Virus record (IMG/VR): IMGVR_UViG_3300024500_000031
Source of the DNA: an uncultured virus (IMG/VR IMGVR_UViG_3300024500_000031)
Lineage: Duplodnaviria; Heunggongvirae; Uroviricota; Caudoviricetes
Strand: one strand, 5' to 3'
DNA: 64,000 bases
This document shows positions 57,923 through 64,000 of the stretch, piece by piece; positions within the stretch are counted from its first letter, which is position 1; each line of letters opens with the position of its first letter. Position numbers and translations under genes: made by a program. The notes under the pieces were generated by a model. That model saw nothing but the letters and a program-made list of their open reading frames with translations. It was not told the DNA's origin and ran no database searches.

Positions 57923-60900
57923 TTATCTATTCCTTTCAGACATAGCTCCAGTAGTTACACCAAGACCACCTAATACGCCGAGCGTCTTATTAAATTTAAA
58001 TTTAGATTTAGGTTTATTAGGTTGATACAACCCTGCTAATGGAATTGGAGTTGGATCTTTAGAAACAGTAGTTCGTTCACCTTGAGGTAGTTTGGGTTTA
58101 ATTTTCTCACCACCACTTGCAACACGAGTCCCACGATTTTTATTAGCAATGTCAATTTCTCGTTTATTTGCTGGCTTGACATCTAAACCAGCAATACTGT
58201 TTTCAATATTGGTACCACGAACTGTTCCGCGTGCTTTTGTTCTTTTTTCCAGAGCCATAAATTCTTTTACGAGTTGCTCTGGACCTGTTGCAGTCATCCA
58301 ACCAAGTTCCGGGAAGAATGCTGTATAGAAATATCTTGCTGCAGCTCTACGAGCCTTGCTTTCTTCCGCACTCTTTGCTCTGGCACGCGCTAATATTTCT
58401 TGTGTAGTTGGTTTGTCAGCCTCTTCAATTGGTCTGACAATATTCATTGGTGGTGTTTTAATGTTTTCTCGTACTTGAGTGTCTATTTCTTCCTGTGTTG
58501 GTTGGAAAGACGATATCGTTTTTGATAATTTAGAACTTGCTTGTTGTTGTGCTTTCACATCATCAGACAATACTGCATCAATATAATCTCGCAACCCATC
58601 ACGTATAAGTGCTGTTTCCGTATTATTTGCCCCAACTTCTGGAACTGATGTGATTAGACCTTTCATTATTCTGTCTGCTGCAAATGCTTTTTGCTGATCA
58701 TCCATTAGACCGACGCCAGCATCCATAAATTGATCAGCCATATTCCGAATAGTTTGTTTAGCTGTTGTTGACAATGTGAACATTGTAGTTCGTTTCTGTT
58801 CAAGTACAGTGTTGCCAGCTTCGCGTTCCAATCCGGATAATGCAATCCCTTCAGTACCAGCCGACTGTCCTCGACTGTTACTTGCGTTCATCGTCCAGTT
58901 AACTCGTGGGTTAGGTCTTAACACATCGCTTTGACCATACATATCCAAGAATGTTAATAGGTCGCGTTGCTGTACTTTGTTTGCTGATTGTAGAAATTTC
59001 TCAACATCAGTATTTAAAATACGACCAGTAGTATTTCCTTGACTATCTATCTCTGGGGAAATACCAGTTTTTTCACGCAACCAGTTAATGCGTTCCTGAG
59101 TCTCAGCACCGCCTAAAGACTGTGCGTCTGCATAAATAATTTTTTCAAGGTGGCGTGTAACTTCATGCACCTGCGATCGTATATACCGTGCATCAACCGA
59201 ATCACCACGTCCAGTGTCATTAACGGCTCGTTGCAATAAACCAGCTCTTGCTTGTTCGGCAGATGCTTGTGTTTGCGTAGTGAATCGATTATTACCAAAT
59301 GGGTCTAATGCTCGCTGGTATTTACCATCAACTAATTCAAAAACTGGAACACGTAGATTACCTTTTGAATCTGGCTTAACAGCCACAGGTTGCATGTTTG
59401 GAACAGGACGCCCACGCGTATCCACAGGAACAACTAATACACTACCTATTTTTGTTGTTGTAGATGTACCAGCAGCGCCTTTAAAGTATCTGTTTATATT
59501 TACGCCGGGCGTATTTGTGACAGATGCATATAGCATGTCAACAAACTGACTAACTTTACTTGCTGATCCGGTAGCCCGAATTGGTTCACTATAATCTGGG
59601 CCATCTTCTGTCATTCTAAACAGTAAATGACGACCAGCTCCTGCGCGAACAACATCATCTACATTACCTAAAGCACGTTCACGTACGCCTTCTAACGATT
59701 CTAGTAATGCCTGTGATCCAGCAACTTTCTCCGGTGGGAGACGATCATTGTCAAGATTAAACCGCAATTTACTAATTGCGTCATCAACACTTCGCAGCGT
59801 TTCATCGAACAATGGATCAGCTGATTTTTTATCTGGCCCACTAGTAATACTAGGGCTAAGGTATTTTTCTATATCGCTAATAACAGTTGCAATTTTTTGA
59901 TCATCACCAGCCTCGGCAACGAATCCAATTTGATATTCATTTTGATTATCGCGTGTGGTAAGACCAAGTATTCCTGCATCAGCTTTATATTGACCAGCTA
60001 ATCGTGCAACAAGTGACGGTCCACGCAATTTAAGTGTAGAATTATCAAACTTATCCGCTGCCCTGTTAAATGCACCCCGCTGCGCTAAATAAGCGTCTAT
60101 AGCTTGCCGACGCGAACCACCAGCTCCCGTAATGTCTTCGATATCTAATGGTAATACGTTTCGTGGTTTACCTTGACCATTAATACCTTCTACATTTTTT
60201 GCACCAAATAATGTCCGTAATTGATCTGTGTCTGAAAATGGAGCAAGTAATTCAGCTGCTTTTCTATTATCACCAGCATTTAATGCAGAATTGAGATCAT
60301 TCTGTATTGCATCAAATGCTTCTTCTTTGCCAGCAGTATCAAATGTAAACAACTCGCGTAATGCACGTTTAATACCAAATGGAGCAGAAATAGCATCAAG
60401 CAACGGCTTTCGAGATGGATCGTCTGGTGCTCCGGCAAAATCAATAATCTGACTAAACATGTTTTGTGTATCAGTAACTGACATACTTGCTTGCAACGGT
60501 CGAATAAATGCTCGACCCCATGGTGTTTTTTCCAAAGCTGCAAATCCAGCTACCGACCCGTTCTGGAATCCATCGTAGAAAGGCATAATAAATCTATTCA
60601 TCAACCTAACGGTTGCTTGCCTAGCTGTTCTTGATCCCTCTGCGCCACGAACCATGTCGTTTGAAACACTATCTAAACTGTGTTTTACAACTTCTGCTAA
60701 AGCGCTATTTAAACCTTGTGCTCGCTGATTTGATTTGGCAATAGTACCTTCAGCACCACGCTTAAACATATATCCTAGATCTGGGTCTTCGCTAAGTTGT
60801 GACTCAATACCGTCGCGATACATTTCCATTGTAGGATCACCACTTATAGCCATATTGAAATAACTACGTGCTGTATCCAAATCGTATTCATCTGAACGTC

Positions 60901-62167
60901 CAACGGCTGTTAAATATCCTAATCCAGCTTTTGCTAATCTGTCTGCTGCACCTGAGTTTAATCCTAATTCGTTTTTACTTCGTAATGTCGTATCTAGAAT
61001 TTTGTATCCCGTGCTGGATGTAATAGCAGATGCATCAGACAGGAATTCACTACTCTTTTTTGCCATAACATCTTTAATTATCTTTACATTAGCTGCACTC
61101 AATAACGGCTTGCCGTATGTGCGTTGATATTCCGACAACACTTGATCTAAAGGCTTGTTATAACTGGTTGCTGCAATGCGTTGAAATTCTGGTTGTTTTG
61201 TTGCATCCAAACCAACTGCTGCAATTTCGCCAATTAATCCTTTTTGCAGTCCAATACCACGCTGTCGCAATAATGCAACTTCGCGATCTAATTGACTTTT
61301 TGTTGCTTGCATTAATGTAAACGGATTGTTTGAACCAGAACCTTTACGTATAGTGGTTCGTATTAATTCATCAACACGTCGTGTTGCGCTTACGTTTTTT
61401 GGACCAAGAGATAATGGGTCGTCTTCTACACGTAAACCTTTAATTTGTTGATAACGCGCCTCTGCATCTGACATTGTTGGTGGCGCTTCAGTAGTAAAAC
61501 CCTGCGAAAAATTAGCGCGTGTACTTGCACCCAAATCACGATTTAGATCTGATTGCGTTATTTCGCCAGCTTCATATGCACGCTGTAAATCAGCATCTGC
61601 TCTTGCACCAGCCATTAGATCATCAGCTGATGTTGTTGGTGATAAACCAGTGTTAGTTACTCTGACGTCACGAATACGTGTTTGTGCATTTTCATTGATT
61701 GGCATACCAGCAGCTTCTTGCTCTTGTAATACAAGATCCCTGCCTTTACGCTTTACAATCTTATTTCCTTGCGCATCAAGTGTTGGTTTAAATTCTCTAA
61801 ATCCAGAAACTGGATTTACTTCGTAAGTTCCCTCATATTCTGTATATGCAGGTAATTGACTTCCAGCATCTGATCGCCAGTCGTATTCTGGTAATTGTTT
61901 CTGGGTCGCTGGATTTACTGGTCCACGTCCACCTTTTAGTAACCCAAGTAGCTGTTGTGCTGCTTGCTGGGTACTAGTACCTTGTGTTGGTGGTTGTGCT
62001 CCAGCGCCACCAGCTCCTTGTTGTGCTGGTGTTACTGCAGATTGAGATGCTGGCATCTGCGGTGTAGGTGGTGATGAAGGCGCAGGTGTTCCACTAGGCG
62101 GTCCTGCTGGAGCACCTTTCTTTTTCTTGTCTTCATCCATCATCATATTCATTAACGCAGATGCCAT
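57923..62167 (-). CDS. 1414-aa hypothetical protein with Pro/Gln-rich N-terminus and conserved C-terminal Gly-zipper tail
   Basis: GAGGT RBS; ends NKTLGVLGGLGVTTGAMSERNR. Confidence 0.85.
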   Translation of the reverse strand: MASALMNMMMDEDKKKKGAPAGPPSGTPAPSSPPTPQMPASQSAVTPAQQGAGGAGAQPPTQGTSTQQAAQQLLGLLKGGRGPVNPATQKQLPEYDWRSDAGSQLPAYTEYEGTYEVNPVSGFREFKPTLDAQGNKIVKRKGRDLVLQEQEAAGMPINENAQTRIRDVRVTNTGLSPTTSADDLMAGARADADLQRAYEAGEITQSDLNRDLGASTRANFSQGFTTEAPPTMSDAEARYQQIKGLRVEDDPLSLGPKNVSATRRVDELIRTTIRKGSGSNNPFTLMQATKSQLDREVALLRQRGIGLQKGLIGEIAAVGLDATKQPEFQRIAATSYNKPLDQVLSEYQRTYGKPLLSAANVKIIKDVMAKKSSEFLSDASAITSSTGYKILDTTLRSKNELGLNSGAADRLAKAGLGYLTAVGRSDEYDLDTARSYFNMAISGDPTMEMYRDGIESQLSEDPDLGYMFKRGAEGTIAKSNQRAQGLNSALAEVVKHSLDSVSNDMVRGAEGSRTARQATVRLMNRFIMPFYDGFQNGSVAGFAALEKTPWGRAFIRPLQASMSVTDTQNMFSQIIDFAGAPDDPSRKPLLDAISAPFGIKRALRELFTFDTAGKEEAFDAIQNDLNSALNAGDNRKAAELLAPFSDTDQLRTLFGAKNVEGINGQGKPRNVLPLDIEDITGAGGSRRQAIDAYLAQRGAFNRAADKFDNSTLKLRGPSLVARLAGQYKADAGILGLTTRDNQNEYQIGFVAEAGDDQKIATVISDIEKYLSPSITSGPDKKSADPLFDETLRSVDDAISKLRFNLDNDRLPPEKVAGSQALLESLEGVRERALGNVDDVVRAGAGRHLLFRMTEDGPDYSEPIRATGSASKVSQFVDMLYASVTNTPGVNINRYFKGAAGTSTTTKIGSVLVVPVDTRGRPVPNMQPVAVKPDSKGNLRVPVFELVDGKYQRALDPFGNNRFTTQTQASAEQARAGLLQRAVNDTGRGDSVDARYIRSQVHEVTRHLEKIIYADAQSLGGAETQERINWLREKTGISPEIDSQGNTTGRILNTDVEKFLQSANKVQQRDLLTFLDMYGQSDVLRPNPRVNWTMNASNSRGQSAGTEGIALSGLEREAGNTVLEQKRTTMFTLSTTAKQTIRNMADQFMDAGVGLMDDQQKAFAADRIMKGLITSVPEVGANNTETALIRDGLRDYIDAVLSDDVKAQQQASSKLSKTISSFQPTQEEIDTQVRENIKTPPMNIVRPIEEADKPTTQEILARARAKSAEESKARRAAARYFYTAFFPELGWMTATGPEQLVKEFMALEKRTKARGTVRGTNIENSIAGLDVKPANKREIDIANKNRGTRVASGGEKIKPKLPQGERTTVSKDPTPIPLAGLYQPNKPKSKFKFNKTLGVLGGLGVTTGAMSERNR

Positions 62168-62175
62168 ATCTACCT

Positions 62176-62484
62176 CTACTTATTGCTATTAGAATTGAAC
62201 AACGCTTTTGTCATTTTACCTGCGCTTGCTGGAGCAGCACTCTTCGACTTACCGCTTGGCGTTGGTTTTCCACTACTGTCGTAACGTCGTCCGTCAACCT
62301 TACCTTTTTGATAGGCTTGCATTTCTTTATTACTAGACGCTGTCTTCTTTGCATCTTCACGTGCAAGCATTGCACCAGCAGCAGTACCTGCTCCTATCAA
62401 CATACCTTGTGCACGTCCAACACTTCGACTATTACGTGGCCAGTTCTGTTGAAACCTAGCCGATCTTCCCGGTCCTTGTGGCAT
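62176..62484 (-). CDS. small basic protein (starts MPQ) with internal Gly-zipper motif
   Basis: GRAQGMLIGAGTAAGAMLARE; AAGGA RBS. Confidence 0.75.
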   Translation of the reverse strand: MPQGPGRSARFQQNWPRNSRSVGRAQGMLIGAGTAAGAMLAREDAKKTASSNKEMQAYQKGKVDGRRYDSSGKPTPSGKSKSAAPASAGKMTKALFNSNSNK

Positions 62485-62485
62485 T

Positions 62486-63712
62486 TTATCTATTCCTTCC
62501 TGTCATTACTCCACCAGTTACCCCTGCACCACCCAGTAAGCCAAACCACTTTCTTCTAGCTGGCTTAGTATGCTTCAAATCATCATCCATTAATGCAGCT
62601 TCAGTTTCTGCTAAACGAGCATATCGCCGTTTGTCACGCGCACTTGGCAATGTAGATTTACGTATACTTTGATTTTGTTGTTCTATTTGTTTAACGATTG
62701 GATCATTTTTTGATAGCCTTGGCCTCATTGTATGATCCTCTGTGAATCCGGGCAGTGTTAAACGTGGATCCATTATTATTCCAGCTGCTGTTTCTGGTGC
62801 TAAAAATCTAGCAAGCCAAGGAGTTGACTCTTTTCTAGCAGCCATACGTTCTTTTATCACCGCAGTATTTTGCTGGTTAATAGCGCTACGAGCAAGTGGA
62901 TTACCACCAGCAATGCTAGGATCAATTGTTCCTGCTTGAAAATCTGGCTCAATATTTCCACTTAAAGACTGTAGTATTTTGGTTACTAGGTTATCTGTTG
63001 AAACTTGATCGGTGGCAAGATTTTTAGTTCTAGACTCCTCCCAGTCAACACGTTTTGGCTTAAATGGTTCTCGTGGTGGAGGCGCAGGAGTAATAACGTC
63101 TTTCATTTCAGGCGTTAATTGATTATATAAAGTATGTCTGTAACTCATTATTTTTCTTAGTTGTTCAGGTAGCGCTTCCCATTTCTTTTCAAAGTTAGCG
63201 TCCCTTAAAACTTGTTGTAATTCTGGGTTATCCTCATACCGTCGTCTACGTGACTCTAATAACCCACCATCTAATTCTTCTAACTCTTGCCGTTTACGTT
63301 CAGCACTATCTAAACGCCTGTTAAACATGTCTTGATCTGCTAGTTCATACCACTTTGGGTTAGCTAAGACATCTTCGTCATACTTTGGGTCATAAAACAT
63401 TGCTGGTGGCTGTGTTCTTAATATGTCGTTGTATGTTAGTGCTGTTTTTTCTGTCGTTCGATTTGGCCTAGGAGTTTCGCCGTATAGCGCAATGTCAGGC
63501 CTGCCATACATTTCTTCAACATCCCACGCAGGTTTATTGAAAAAACTCAACGGTAATTGAGTCCGTAACTGATGCACCTCAAATGGCTCAGTTTCTTTAC
63601 CAAAAAATAATTTGTTTAACTTTTTTTGGTCCGAGTAATTTAAATTTTGTCGCATGGCCTGATAAAAATCGAACCACGTTTGGTTAGGCAGGCGTTCTGT
63701 TTCTTGAGCCAT
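62486..63712 (-). CDS. 408-aa hypothetical protein with conserved C-terminal Gly-zipper tail
   Basis: Ends RKWFGLLGGAGVTGGVMTGRNR. Confidence 0.85.
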   Translation of the reverse strand: MAQETERLPNQTWFDFYQAMRQNLNYSDQKKLNKLFFGKETEPFEVHQLRTQLPLSFFNKPAWDVEEMYGRPDIALYGETPRPNRTTEKTALTYNDILRTQPPAMFYDPKYDEDVLANPKWYELADQDMFNRRLDSAERKRQELEELDGGLLESRRRRYEDNPELQQVLRDANFEKKWEALPEQLRKIMSYRHTLYNQLTPEMKDVITPAPPPREPFKPKRVDWEESRTKNLATDQVSTDNLVTKILQSLSGNIEPDFQAGTIDPSIAGGNPLARSAINQQNTAVIKERMAARKESTPWLARFLAPETAAGIIMDPRLTLPGFTEDHTMRPRLSKNDPIVKQIEQQNQSIRKSTLPSARDKRRYARLAETEAALMDDDLKHTKPARRKWFGLLGGAGVTGGVMTGRNR

Positions 63713-63718
63713 AATTGA

Positions 63719-64000
63719 TTACCTGTTCTTATTACTCATCGCACTACCTGCAGTACCTATACCTAGTAACATACCCAATGTTTTTCGCGGGCTTGCACGT
63801 AAAGACACCATGCCTTTAGCTAACGAGCTAGGCCCACGCGCAGCATTATTTCTACCCTCACGCGACAATGGTGGGTTTTCTCGCGGATCAATACGTCCAT
63901 ACGTTTGTTTTTCCTCACCACCGTAGTAACCACGCTTCCTGTTCTCTAACTGGTTAGTTATTCGTAATAAATAACCTTCTTGTGATTCGTTTGGACGAAC
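63719..64000 (-). CDS. 3' end of a gene truncated by the window edge, with conserved C-terminal Gly-zipper tail (not in ORF track)
   Basis: Hand translation: 93 open codons ending RKTLGMLLGIGTAGSAMSNKNR-TAA. Confidence 0.85.
   Translation of the reverse strand, partial: VRPNESQEGYLLRITNQLENRKRGYYGGEEKQTYGRIDPRENPPLSREGRNNAARGPSSLAKGMVSLRASPRKTLGMLLGIGTAGSAMSNKNR

Larger units (their letters stand above)
1..64000. mobile_element. Tailed dsDNA bacteriophage genome (podovirus-like virion module, DnaB/initiator-type replication), most or all of the genome
   Basis: TerS-TerL-portal-scaffold-capsid-adaptor-nozzle-ejection protein order; DnaB, dUTPase, endolysin; dense small orphan ORFs; no host genes seen. 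Confidence 0.97.

Noticed and set aside
20836..62939. Numerous plus-strand ORFs of 60-210 aa opposite the late genes
   Set aside because: Antisense shadows of long minus-strand genes, with no RBS or recognisable motifs.
1..64000. Alternative genetic code (stop-codon recoding)
   Set aside because: Genes are intact and densely packed under the standard code, and TAA, TAG and TGA all serve as stops.

Overview
This window is most or all of a tailed dsDNA phage genome with a podovirus-like virion module. No host chromosomal genes, integrase, DNA polymerase, RNA polymerase, reverse transcriptase or CRISPR array were recognised. Layout: (1) a short minus-strand block at 1-2490 with dUTPase, tRNA-Asn(GUU), a DUF3310-like ORF carrying a nested ribbon-helix-helix ORF, and a DUF5872-like gene; (2) a structured divergent control region at ~2500-2850; (3) a plus-strand early/middle arm at 2848-19531 with ~40 mostly small orphan genes, including a Csx16-like ring-nuclease candidate, a Cys-rich DUF7227-like protein, VRR-NUC, an ssDNA-annealing protein, a Gam-like protein, an LmbU-like regulator, an HTH initiator, a helicase loader and DnaB; (4) a minus-strand late arm at 64000-19511 with orphan Cys-free proteins, TerS, TerL, portal, scaffold, major capsid protein, decoration protein, two adaptors, holin candidates, a duplicated appendage module, nozzle, three ejection-type proteins (one of 4430 aa with a zincin motif) and a CHAP endolysin. 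The most striking unexplained signals are: (a) a gap-free 22-residue Gly-zipper tail ending [RK]NR-stop on three otherwise unrelated proteins upstream of the terminase, a candidate cargo-sorting signal; (b) three intergenic copies of a compact H-type pseudoknot placed between a stop codon and the next start codon; (c) a stand-alone phage Csx16, a candidate anti-type III CRISPR enzyme; (d) apparent genome-wide CCWGG avoidance. All family calls come from motif recognition by eye; no database searches were run.
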